DNA of 64,000 bases from Octopus vulgaris (taxonomy: Eukaryota): NCBI GenBank assembly GCA_951406725.2, contig OX597831.1, positions 9,114,001-9,178,000 on the forward strand, in the 5' to 3' direction. Shown here one piece after another: positions 1-10,908 of the stretch; the stretch's first letter is position 1; every line of letters begins with the position of its first letter. Position numbers and translations under genes: made by a program. Below the pieces are notes generated by a model that saw nothing but the letters and a program-made list of their open reading frames with translations, did not search any database and was not told the DNA's origin.

Positions 1-20
1 TTGGGAAACGCACACACATA

Positions 21-185
21 TACGAGGTGGTGCTGAAAAGTTCCTGGCTTTAGGTGAATGAGAATGCAGGGAGAATCAGTTAATTATGCCTTTATTCAAC
101 ATATTCCCAGGTCCCATTCAGACACTTATTACAGCGGTCATTCAGTTTTTCTAAGCCCTATAAAGAACCCTGAAGTTTGGGCGTT
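21..185 (-). mobile_element. Mariner transposon 3' end relic (TIR plus transposase C-terminus)
   Basis: Starts TACGAGGTGGTGCTGAAAAGTTCC, a mariner-type TIR after TA; minus strand reads, with frameshifts, GLEKLNDRCNKCLN..EYVE*, typical of a mariner C-terminus. Confidence 0.6.
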
Positions 186-286
186 CTATCAGACCTCTCG
201 CAATATATACCCATAAAACGAGGTACTTTTCAACTCTCCCTCGTACTGGTGAAAACATGCAGAGAGATGTATACAAACCACACGCA

Positions 287-440
<154 letters not shown>

Positions 441-617
441 CATACATACATATGTGTGTATTTATGTATGCATGTATGTATGTAAGTATGTATGTATGTG
501 TGTGTGTGTATATATATATATATATACAGTTCAAATTTACAGAAAACAAAAGACGATGACAGGTGTAGGAACAATAAACAGGTGTATTAGTTTGACGCTC
601 GGGAAAAATGGAAAAGT

Positions 618-653
618 CTTTGACGTTTCGAGCTTAGGTTCTTCGACAGAAAG
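618..653 (-). ncRNA. Minimal type I hammerhead-like motif, core variant CUGUCGA
   Basis: Minus: CTTT-CTGTCGA-A-GAAC CTAA GCTC-GAAAC-GTC-AAAG; stem I CTTT/AAAG, stem III AC/GT; lies in a ~200-bp repeat (530-740) with relatives at ~7850-7990 and ~56845-56975. Confidence 0.55.
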
Positions 654-786
654 GATTGAGAGGGAAAAATGGAGAGAGAATGAATAAAAACGGAAGAAGG
701 AAAAAATGTGCAGAGTTCAACGGTTCCACATAGCGAGATATATATACACACATGTATATATCTATGTATGTTGTATGAATGTATGC

Positions 787-1107
787 CACTCTGTCGGTTA
801 TGACGACGAGGGTTCCAGTTGATCCTATCAACGGAACAGCCTGTTCGTGAATTTAACGTGCAAGTGGATGAATACTCCACAGGCATATGTACCCTCAACG
901 TAGTCCTCAAGGAAATTGAGTGTGACACTCAATGTGGCATGGCTGACCCTTTGATATACTGGAACAACTCATTTTTGCCAGACGAGTGGACTGGAGCAAC
1001 GTGAAATAAAGTGTCTTGCTCAAGGGTACAACGCGTCGCTGCGAATTGAACACACGACCTTGCGATCGGGAGCCGAACGCCCTAACCATTAAGCCACGCG
1101 CCTTCAC
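787..1107 (-). mobile_element. tRNA-derived SINE with CORE-like segment
   Basis: Minus head GAAGGCGCGTGGCTTAATGGTTAGGGCG..GTGTTCAATTC (A/B boxes), then CCCTTGAGCAAGACACTT; tail shared with 40770-40930. Confidence 0.75.
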
Positions 1108-1900
1108 GTGTATAAATAGATATATATGAAATATAGTGATGTAGCTGATAATGAATGATTGATCATTAATGGAGATCTTTTGAGGATAACTGGCAATTGG
1201 CCAAGCATGAATGTCTCCACTTCCATGCCACAGAAGTTACCCCAATGAAGGACTTTTCACTTGGGCTGATGCTTGTTGGTAAGGTGTAGTGGAAGATCGT
1301 GTTTAGCCATATGTCTTCACAACATATATTTTTTCAATATTGCACTAAAAGACCTGTGACATATAATAGGCAAAACTTAATCAAAGCAGCAGAAACGTTA
1401 AATAAAAGATAAGAACAGACTTTCAGTCTTCTTTGACAGCGAAGTAAACTCTTCTATCAGAGCTGCTGGAATATTTCAAAGAGGAATAATTAAATAAAAT
1501 GAAAATTTTAACTCTCATGATAATTTTAGACGAGAAACTAAATTTAATAACGAATCCAAAAGATGAAAGATCCCCCACGCAAACATGAAAATATATTTTA
1601 TATAAAAGAGCATCTCTGAGAAAATACGAACCCTCACAAATAAATTTTATATCCAATGTGAGAGAAGACAAGGTTAACAGTGAGTGTGATAATGACGATA
1701 TCATTGCTGGGTGTAAGAGTGGTGCTATTGAGAAATATTGTACGATTAGTGTGAAAATGACAACAATTGCAGGTGTTTATAAGCCATTTCAGAAACACAC
1801 AAAAACCGTTAGATTCGCTTCAACATTTAAATTTAATTTTAACAAAATGTTTTCGTCGCTTTGAGATCGCGATTTGTTCAGCACGGTATTTTGTCAATGA

Positions 1901-2300
1901 AGGCAGGGAGCTGGCAGAACCGTTAGCACGCCGGGCGAAATGCTTTGCGGTATTTCGTCTGCGTTACGTTGTGAGTTCAAATTCCGCCGAGGTCCACTTT
2001 GCCTTTCATCCTTTCGGGGTCGATAAATTAAGTACCAGTTATGCACTGGGGTCGATGTAATCGACTTAATCCGTTTGTCTGTCCTTGTTTGTCCCCTCTG
2101 TGTTTAGCCCCTTGTGGGTAATAAAGAAATAGGTATTTCGTCTGCCGCTACGTTCTGAGTTCAAATTCCGCCGAGGTCGACTTTGCCTTTCATCCTTTCG
2201 GGATCGATAAATTAAGTACCAGTTACGCACTGGGGTTGATATAATCGACTTAATCCGTTTGTCTATCTTTGTTTGTCCTCTCTGTGGGTAGTAAAGAAAC
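1901..2300 (+). mobile_element. SINE family A (tRNA head, Meta-domain-like core), internal dimer
   Basis: AGGCAGGGAGCTGGCAGAA..GAGTTCAAATTCC..GCCTTTCATCCTTTCGGGGTCGATAAATTAAGTACCAG; body repeats from ~2132. Confidence 0.85.
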
Positions 2301-2923
2301 AGGTCGCGTAACTTAGCGGTTCAGCAAAAGAGAAGATAGAATTACGTACCAAATTTGAAAAATAATAACTGGGGTCGGTTCGGTCGCCTAAATCCTTCGA
2401 GGTGCTGCCCCAGTATGGCTGCCGTTCGAAGACCGAAACAAGTAAAAATTAAAAGAGAAAACCAGCTGCTCTTCTCTACGACATGTAAGACACGTAGAGA
2501 AGATGGAAGAGGGAAAGTTTTAATGAAGGAAGATAAAACGTAATTAAGTCTCATTATAAACCATTTGGAATATTTCTAATCGGAATAATTAGACAAAACG
2601 TTCTGAGTGCCAACACGAATAACATTGAAATTAGTTGCAGAATTGTGTTCCAGAATGGCAAAAGGAAGAACGGACATGTTTAGAAGACGAATGAAAATGA
2701 ATCTAAGAAAACAAAAGTGTGTGAAAATAATTTCTCCCTCAGAAATCGGATACCTGAACATAAGAGTCGAAATTGCATTTAAACTGACAAGGAAATGCAA
2801 TAATGACTACACCTGAATTTCTTCTAATATTAATTCAAGAGAGAATATTAATACGTAAGCACACAGACACACAGACACAGACACACTAAGACACACACAC
2901 ACACACACTCACAGACACACTAA

Positions 2924-2973
<50 letters not shown>

Positions 2974-3057
2974 CACACTCACACACACACACACTCACAC
3001 ACACACACACACTCACAGACACACTAAGACACACACGCACACACACCAGCAACAACG

Positions 3058-3420
3058 AGGAAGCGCAATGGCCCAGTGGTTAGGGCAGCAGGCTCGCGGT
3101 CGGAGGATCGCGGTTTCGATTTCCAGACCGGGCGTTGTGTGTGTTTATTGAGCGAAAGCACCTAAAGCTCCACGAGGCTCCGGCAGGGGTTGGTGGCGAC
3201 CCCTGTTGTACCCTTTCGCCCCAACTTTCTCTCACTCTTTCTTCCTGTTTCTTGTCCCCGACTTCCTACGCAACCGCTGAGCCTGGATGCGCATTCATCC
3301 ATCCGTCGATGCTCTCGGTGTCGGGGGTTGACCTGCTTTCTCTTCAGCGGGTCTTACGAATAGCAAAGGACCACGTTTCGGACTTCTCCGAATAATGGGA
3401 CGAAGACCGCTTCGCTCAAC
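3058..3420 (+). mobile_element. SINE family B (tRNA head)
   Basis: GCGCAATGGCCCAGTGGTTAGGGCAGC..GGTTTCGATTTCC; same head at 30219, 40153 and 55037. Confidence 0.8.
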
Positions 3421-3709
3421 AGCAACAGCCAGCAACAACAACAACACACCTATACACACGCACAGAGGATTAGTGGGAGAACTGGAGTTTCCACAGTTGC
3501 CCCAGTCTTGCTTTTACTACAATTAACTCTACTTCATGCATTTCGATGTAATTAGTAACTTTTGCCTTCCTTTCCAAACACTCACACTCACACACACACA
3601 TACAAAGATACACATACGTACAAAGATATATAAGATACAATTACATCTGTACATACATATATCCACGCTCACTTATATAATGAGCACACACATATACATT
3701 TACAATCAC

Positions 3710-3745
<36 letters not shown>

Positions 3746-3792
3746 AAACAAGTCAAAAATAGAAAATGCTAAGATAATTTTATAGTGAATCT

Positions 3793-3835
3793 TTCATTAC
3801 CGGTTTCGGTCATTTTGAGACCTTTTCAACTGTAA
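3793..3835 (-). ncRNA. Type I hammerhead, U3-A8 core variant, in PLE tail
   Basis: Minus: TTACAG-TTGAAAA-GGTC TCAAAAT GACC-GAAAC CG GTA-ATGAA; stem III palindrome ACCGGT; stem I imperfect. Confidence 0.6.
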
Positions 3836-4465
3836 CGATTAAATAATTAAATTTAGAAAAATTAGAAGAAAAGTTTTTTTAAAAGAATATTTCTGTAGTA
3901 GTGTTCAGATATAAGTAGCATTCTGCCTTTCTCTGACTCCCTTGTTTGCACTTGTGTGTTCGAGGTCGTTTTGAGTTCTTGGTAGGGTAGGTGAAGAATA
4001 AGGAGGCTGATGTGGAGAGGGGGTGGGGAAATCTGGGAATGCCTTGATGGTCGTGTTTTGAATGGTCAGTGGCTGACAGTAGTCGCAGTTCAATTCAGGA
4101 ATTGTTTATGGAATTTGCGTAGGCGTTATACTGAAAGACATTAGTGACAAGGTTAAGGGGTGGAAGGTGGAGAAGTAGAAGAAGAAGAAGAAGATGACGA
4201 TGTTGATGATAATGATGATGAAGAAGAAGAAGAAGAAGAAGGAGAAGGAGAAGATGATGGTGATGATGGTGGTGATGATGATGACGACGATGATGATGAT
4301 AATGATGATGATGAAGAAGAAGAGGAAGAAGAAGAAGAAAAAAACAGAGAAGGGAGAATATGAATGGGTGAAAGTATAGCTGTGATGGGGCTGATTAGTA
4401 ATGGATTCTATGGAGTGTAATATTTGTGTGTGTATATATTTCTTTTATTCTAAAGTTGAGGTATA

Positions 4466-5152
4466 TTAATTGTTTGTCGTAGACCCGTTAAGAAGTGGCT
4501 TGTATTTTGTAATAAAGAGATTTTCTTTACTTATTCGTTGTCTCGTGGTTGTATCGTCCCTAAATTGGTAGAGGGGGAAAATCCTGAAATTTGGTGTTTT
4601 TTTGTTGGCGCAAGTATCTATGTGTTGGCTAAAAGCTATTTTTCTGTTTTGGGGAATTTTTATCTGGGATCTGTGCAGGGCCATTCGTTTACGCAAACCA
4701 TTTTTTGTTTGGCCTATGTACTGCTCTTGACACCTGGAGCAGGTTAGTGAGTATATTAGGTTCTCCGAAGCACATGTGAAGTTGCTTTTCACTGTAAACC
4801 GTTGTCTCTGTTTGAAGGAGAACTCTGATCCCTCAATTAGATAGTCGCATATCCCGCAATTGGGTCTTCCACATTTTTTTACTGTCGGCTTCTGTGTTGA
4901 AGAGTGAATTCGGGCTTGTGTTAGGAGACTTTTCATGGATCTAGGCTGTCTTTTGCTTTTTATGATCGTGTGTGTTTGGAGGATTGTGTTCATTCTGTGG
5001 TCTTTTTTTAGGAGGGGTATGTTGTGGAGGATGGTGCCGAAGGCTTCGTTATTGAGAGGGTTGTGTGTGGAGATGTATGGTAAGGCTTTTGGTTGTAAGT
5101 TTTTCTTTGATTTGGGATGTCTCAGTTCCTTGATGTTAAGTTGAAGGGCACG
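4466..5152 (-). CDS. PLE thumb/linker plus GIY-YIG endonuclease (partial ORF)
   Basis: Frame is open upstream of the track ATG: ALPYISTHNP..CGRPNCGIC..FTCASENLIYSLTCSRCQEQYIGQT..LRKRMALH..QH..KENLFITKYKPLLN. Confidence 0.9.
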   Translation of the reverse strand, partial: RALQLNIKELRHPKSKKNLQPKALPYISTHNPLNNEAFGTILHNIPLLKKDHRMNTILQTHTIIKSKRQPRSMKSLLTQARIHSSTQKPTVKKCGRPNCGICDYLIEGSEFSFKQRQRFTVKSNFTCASENLIYSLTCSRCQEQYIGQTKNGLRKRMALHRSQIKIPQNRKIAFSQHIDTCANKKTPNFRIFPLYQFRDDTTTRQRISKENLFITKYKPLLNGSTTNN

Positions 5153-5189
<37 letters not shown>

Positions 5190-5196
5190 CAATCAC

Positions 5197-5235
<39 letters not shown>

Positions 5236-5369
5236 TGTCTATCTGTCTATATTTTTTTTCTATTTTTACGATCCATTTTGATCGAAAACCTACCCCCTAT
5301 TTTGTCTATTTCTTTCTTTTTTTCTCCCCCAAAAGAAAAGTTCTACTTTGTAATTTGTCCCCTCTGTGT

Positions 5370-5459
<90 letters not shown>

Positions 5460-5544
5460 CATCTATCTATCTATCTATATATATATATATCTATCTATCT
5501 GTCTGTCTGTCTGTCTGTATCTCTCTCTCTCTCTCTCTCTCCAT

Positions 5545-5621
<77 letters not shown>

Positions 5622-6014
5622 ACATACGGTATAATTATAAACGGAAAATTTTAGCCATTTCTCTGCAGACTGAAAAAATGACGAACAACCTTAATCGATT
5701 TTCTGACATTATTCGATTCTCATCAGAGTCATCCACAACACTTTGACAATCTCCAGAGAAACAGGCAACCAAACTGTTTATATACTCAACAAATGCAGCA
5801 GTTACTCATATTTATGTATATACACACATACACTCACATACACACACAGGCACACACATACACACACACGCATACACACACATATACTGATTTCAAGCTT
5901 TGGCACAAGGCCAGCATGTTTGGAGGATAGGGTAAATCGATCACGTCGATCCCAGGGCTGTACTGGTTCTTATTATATCGATGTCCAAAAGATGAAAGAC
6001 TTAGTCGACCATTA

Positions 6015-6372
6015 CAGAATGCGGTCATGCTGGAGCACCGCCTATAGTCGAACAAATCGAATCCAGGACTTATTCTTTGAAAGCCTAGTTCTTATTCTAT
6101 CGGTCTTTTTTGCCGAACCACTAAGTTACGGGGACGTAAACACACCAGCATCGGTTGTCAAGCGATGGTGGTGGTACAAACACAGACGCACAAACATATA
6201 AATATATATACGACGGGTTCATTTCAGTTTCTGTCTACTAAATCCACTCATAAGGCTTTGGTCGGCCCGAGGCTATTGTTAGATGTCTTCCCAAATTGCC
6301 ACGCAGTGGGACTGAATCCGGAACCATGTGGTTGGTAAGGAAGCTACGTACCACACAGCCACCCCTGCGCCT
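6015..6372 (-). mobile_element. SINE family C (tRNA head)
   Basis: Minus head AGGCGCAGGGGTGGCTGTGTGGTA..GGTTCCGGATTCAGTCCC; partial copies at 7575-7720, 8265-8460, 35330-35950 and 63345-63470. Confidence 0.75.
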
Positions 6373-7051
6373 ATTGTTCATAATTGCTATAATCAATTGA
6401 AGGTGGTCATCAGTGAACGTAAGGTGAGATTTTATATGATTCCTAGGCATCAAAAGACAAACCAATGAGTTCCCTATGCTGCAGGGACAGCGGCTGATAG
6501 TTATGAGGAAGATAACTGGGATGTCGAAACCCTAATAGCAAAGGAATTAGTGGATGGCCTTCTCGTTTAAAAAGGGACGAAAAAACTAGATGAGCAAGAA
6601 ATTAATGTAGAAAGCTAAAACAAAGATTACAGAATAATCGCAGACTGTATCTTCATGTCGGAGGCTATTTAGAATGACAAAAACAGATTTCCCTGGTGTT
6701 TATTTCAAGAAATTCACAATTGACTTAACCCCCCCATCGCCTAGCTGAATAGTAAGATCCTGATATTCCAGAGACCGATCCATTATTGTCAATACTTGGC
6801 CCAATATTTTCAACAGCAGCTCTCTCTCTCTCTCTCCCTCTCTCTCGTATCATCCAGCAGATGTTATCTTAATTACTTATTGAAGAATATAAGATATCGA
6901 CAGGAACCAAAGTGTTAGCCTTCATTCATTATCTTTTTCTTTTGATCCAATTTCTTCTTATAAAAAGTGTTCTTCTTTACGAATTCCATAGCTTCTTACA
7001 CACACACACGCACGCGCATTTCTCTGCCTCAATTCTATCTTTACTTATATC

Positions 7052-7052
<1 letters not shown>

Positions 7053-7096
<44 letters not shown>

Positions 7097-7211
7097 CATT
7101 ATTATTACTATCATCATCATCATCATTATTATTATTATTATTATTATTAATATTATTATTATTAATATTATTATTATTATTATAATTATTATTATTATTA
7201 TTATTATTATT
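7053..7211. repeat. (TTA)n/(TCA)n microsatellite
   Basis: Trinucleotide run giving the poly-I/L/N ORFs. Confidence 0.95.
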
Positions 7212-7924
7212 AACAGTGGATACCATTTTAGCTGTTGTTGGTTGTGGTGATGATGGTGATGGTATCACTTATTTTTATTTTTTTTTACTCGACGGCACCA
7301 GACATCATTTGGAAAGATCGTGAGTGTCTGAAGAAATATTGGATAATGCATTCCAGATATTTTTGCGTCGTGTTTGTTTGGACCCGTTACTTAATGAGAT
7401 GAGAAGTATTTTTCTGTGTGCGAGGAAGAAAAAATATATTTTGAAACAAACATTTTTATGCTGTCAGAAGGTTTTGAAAATGGTTTGGGAATATGGCGTC
7501 TAATAAGTAAATGGCTTTAAAGGAATAACAACATATACCCCCATCACAGATTGAAAAAATGTAGACGGCAAAAGTTTGTGTGCTAACAAGTCTGCTTCAC
7601 AACCACACGGTTTCTGGTTCAGTCTTACTACGTGGTACCTTAAGCAAGTGTTTCTTCTATAGCCCCAGATTGACAAAAAATCCTGCCAATGGAGTTCGTA
7701 GAAAGAAACTGAAGGAAGCCTGAGTATGTATGTATGTATGTATGTATGTATGTATGTATGTATGTATGTATGTATGTATGTATGTATGTATGTGTGTGTG
7801 GGTATATACATGTGTGTGTGTGTATATACATGTGTGTGTGTGTGTGTGTAGCTGAAATTTATAGAAAAACAACAGACGAAGACAGCGAGTGTATTAGCTT
7901 GACGCTCGGAAATATGAAAAAGTG

Positions 7925-7958
7925 TTTTACATTTCGAGTCTAGGCTCTTCAGCAGAAC
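7925..7958 (-). ncRNA. Minimal hammerhead-like motif, core variant CUGCUGA
   Basis: Minus: GTT-CTGCTGA-A-GAGC CTAG ACTC-GAAAT-GTA-AAAC; same repeat family as 618-653. Confidence 0.45.
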
Positions 7959-8703
7959 GAAAAAAGAGAAAATAGATAGAAGAAGAATGAGAAAAAAATT
8001 TTGTAGATTATGTATCTAAGTGTGTGTGTCTTTGTGACTGTGTTTGTATCCCGCTATAGCTTCACAACTACTGCGGATGTGTTTGCGTCCACGTAACATC
8101 ACGGTTCGGCAAAAGATTACGATAGATTAAGAGGCTGGATTAAAAATACTGGCCTCCATTAGTTTCCACTAAAATTCTTCGAGGCGATACTCCAGCATGA
8201 TCACATCCTAGGAACTACGTTAAGGGGTCGCATGTCTGAGCAGTACTCAGCCACTTTTCTTTTATCCTTTTACTCTTTTACTTGTTTTAGTCACTTGATA
8301 CGGCCATGCTGGAGCGCTGCCTTTAGTCGAGCAACTCGATCCCAGTACTATTCTTTGTAAGCCTAGTACTTGTTCTATCGGTCACTTCTGCCGAACCGCT
8401 AAGTTACGGGAACAAACAACATCGGTTGTCAAGCGATGGTGGGGGACAAATAGACACACACACGCATATGTGTGTGTGTGTATCTGAGCATACATATATA
8501 AAGCCGTTAAGTGGATACGTAAGTCGACTCTAGAAAGACAAATTCAGTCCCAGATATCCTAAGTATATATATTTGAATATATCAACAATAAAGGAACGGC
8601 CATAATAGGCCATTCACCCACTAGAAATAACAGCCAAAGCTTCAACCGCAAATAAAAGTTAATTCAGTAAACCAGGAGAAAATTTAAAAACATTTACCCT
8701 GTA

Positions 8704-8810
8704 ATTTCTTATACGGTATACCGTTTCATCTGCTGATTAATGGTAAACTAACCTGATTAAATTAAATCAAGCCAATCTTCCACAGGCTCTCAGATTCATC
8801 AGTAAGAAAT
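8704..8810 (-). ncRNA. Type I hammerhead ribozyme, monomer 1 (canonical core)
   Basis: Minus: ATTTCTTA-CTGATGA-ATCTG(58 nt)CAGAT-GAAACGG TATA CCGTA-TAAGAAAT; 8-bp stem I; GUA cleavage between 8712 and 8711. Confidence 0.92.
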
Positions 8811-9194
8811 AGCCCAAGACGGAACAGATATTTTCACGAGGCATTTCCGACGTTGCCAAGTTAATATCTGACCTAAAATTTTCAAATCGTCGCACTCGCG
8901 CCAAATTTATCGGCAGCAAATAAATATAAGCCGTCGATTCCATTACGGAATTAACCAGAAAATTCATAATTAATCAATATAGGGTGGCAAAAAAATTTTG
9001 TAGAATTCTTTTGCCACCAGCGGCCTAGTAGGAAAAAATTAAAATAGTCATAGACCATTTTTAAGTTCAACATCAACAATAAAGGAACGGCCATAATAGG
9101 CCATTCACCCACTAGAAATAACAGCCAAAGCTTCAACCGCAAATAAGAGTTAATTCAGTAAACCAGGAGAAAATTTAAAAACATTTACCCTGTA

Positions 9195-9301
9195 ATTTCT
9201 TATACGATATACCGTTTCATCTGCTGATTAATGGTAAACTAACCTGATTAAATTAAATCAAGCCAATCTTCCACAGGCTCTCAGATTCACCAGTAAGAAA
9301 T
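9195..9301 (-). ncRNA. Type I hammerhead, monomer 2 (core mutated to CUGGUGA)
   Basis: Same fold; T>C at 9290 gives A6G; stem III ACGGTATATCGT. Confidence 0.8.
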
Positions 9302-9686
9302 AGCCCAAGACGGAACAGATATTTTCACGAGGCATTTCCGACGTTGCCAAGTTAATATCTGACCTAAAATTTTCAAATCGTCGCACTCGCGCCAAATTTA
9401 TCGGCAGCAAATAAATATAAGCCGTCGATTCCATTACGGAATTAACCAGAAAATTCATAATTAATCAATATAGGGTGGCAAAAAAAATTTTGTAGAATTC
9501 TTTTGCCACCAGCGGCCTAGTAGGAAAAAATTAAAATAGTCATAGACCATTTTTAAGTTCAACATCAGCAATAAAGGAACGGCCATAATAGGCCATTCAC
9601 CCACTAGAAATAACAGCCAAAGCTTCAACCGCAAATAAAAGTTAATTCAGTAAACCAGGAGAAAATTTAAAAACATTTACCCTGTA

Positions 9687-9793
9687 ATTTCTTATACGAT
9701 ATACCGTTTCATCTGCTGATTAATGGTAAACTAACCTGATTAAATTAAATCAAGCCAATCTTCCACAGGCTCTCAGATTCATCAGTAAGAAAT
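9687..9793 (-). ncRNA. Type I hammerhead, monomer 3 (canonical core)
   Basis: Same fold; CTGATGA and GAAA intact; stem III carries a G-U pair. Confidence 0.9.
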
Positions 9794-10211
9794 AGCCCAA
9801 GACGGAACAGATATTTTCACGAGGCATTTCCGACGTTGCCAAGTTAATATCTGACCTAAAATTTTCAAATCGTCGCACTCGCGCCAAATTTATCGGCAGC
9901 AAATAAATATAAGCCGTCGATTCCATTACGGAATGTTTTTAAATGTTTTTAAATTTTCTCCTGGTTTACTGAATTAACTTTTATTTGCGGTTGAAGCTTT
10001 GGCTGTTATTTCTAGTGGGTGAATGGCCTATTATGGCCGTTCCTTTATTGTTGATGTTGAACTTAAAAATGGTCTATGACTATTTTAATTTTTCCTACTA
10101 GGCCGCTGGTGGCAAAAGAATTCTACAAAATTTTTTTTGCCACCCTATATTGATTAAATATATTTGAATATACACATACATATATAAATGCGCGCGCGCA
10201 CACACACACAC

Positions 10212-10250
<39 letters not shown>

Positions 10251-10524
10251 ATTTAAGCAAAAGCGTCCTATTGCATGCAGGCACTGAGCATGCACAAATA
10301 CAGGCGCATCAGATACCATACAACATAAATTCTCGACATATTACAAATATCTCTGCCACTGGAAATTGCATCGTAATTATCAAATGGTAGACACTAGATT
10401 CAAGTATCCTCGAAACTTGCAGGATAAGCGGCCATTCATCGCCACGTGTTTCTCGCACAATAGGCGTCATCATATACATACATATATGTATGTATATGTA
10501 TGTGTGTATGCATGCATATGTATA

Positions 10525-10561
<37 letters not shown>

Positions 10562-10844
10562 ATAATAACAATAATCCTTGGATGGAATTTACAACGAAGA
10601 ACATAGTCTGTATTCCTGGGATGATTACAGTGTAGTCCGTAGTATCCATGGGCATTGAGTGAACAGTCTCAAGCGTAACCGCCCGCAACTGTAAGGACAT
10701 CTCGTAACTTGACTGACGAAAGAAGGCCACGAATGACACGTCCTTTTTTTTCCTGTCCCACTAATTGTTGTTTTTCCTGTCCGCATTTATATCTATCTGT
10801 CTATCTGTCCGGATATTTTATTGTCCTCTTTTGCGTTTTTGTTC

Positions 10845-10902
<58 letters not shown>

Positions 10903-10908
<6 letters not shown>

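Larger units (their letters stand above)
3741..5153 (-). mobile_element. 5'-truncated Penelope-like element (Neptune-like) between (TA)n tracts
   Basis: Contains the GIY-YIG ORF, a ~700-bp 3' tail with a (GAA/GAT)n tract and an HHR; ATATACAT(T/G)TACAATCACG-(TA)n is duplicated at 3692-3710 and 5179-5197. Confidence 0.85.
8567..10172 (-). mobile_element. Retrozyme-like non-autonomous retroelement: ~2.75 tandem 491-bp units plus 218-bp inverted segment, 15-bp TSD
   Basis: Units start at 8581, 9072 and 9564; direct array ends at 9934; 9940-10157 is the reverse complement of unit positions 8970-9187; ATATATTTGAATATA at 8567-8581 and 10158-10172; one HHR per unit. Confidence 0.85.

Noticed and set aside
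3058-3135. tRNA genes at SINE heads
   Set aside because: A/B boxes are present but no proper cloverleaf, and each continues into a SINE body
3340-3395. GAAAC-GTG-GTC and CTGAAGA on minus as a hammerhead
   Set aside because: Stems I and II cannot be formed
4160-4379. Acidic D/E-rich ORF
   Set aside because: (GAA/GAT)n tract in the PLE tail, antisense to the element
8767-8967. 66-aa ORF repeated in the 491-bp monomers
   Set aside because: Short, no recognisable motif, start lost in monomer 3; the RNA fold explains the unit better, though translation is not excluded
8983-9029. Hairpin followed by CTAGT as a Helitron 3' end
   Set aside because: Lies mid-unit rather than at the insertion boundary; the 15-bp TSD and inversion argue for retrotransposition
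10695-10745. CTGACGA flanked by GGAC/GTCC as a ribozyme
   Set aside because: No GAAA after a valid stem II; no HDV-like fold could be built by hand
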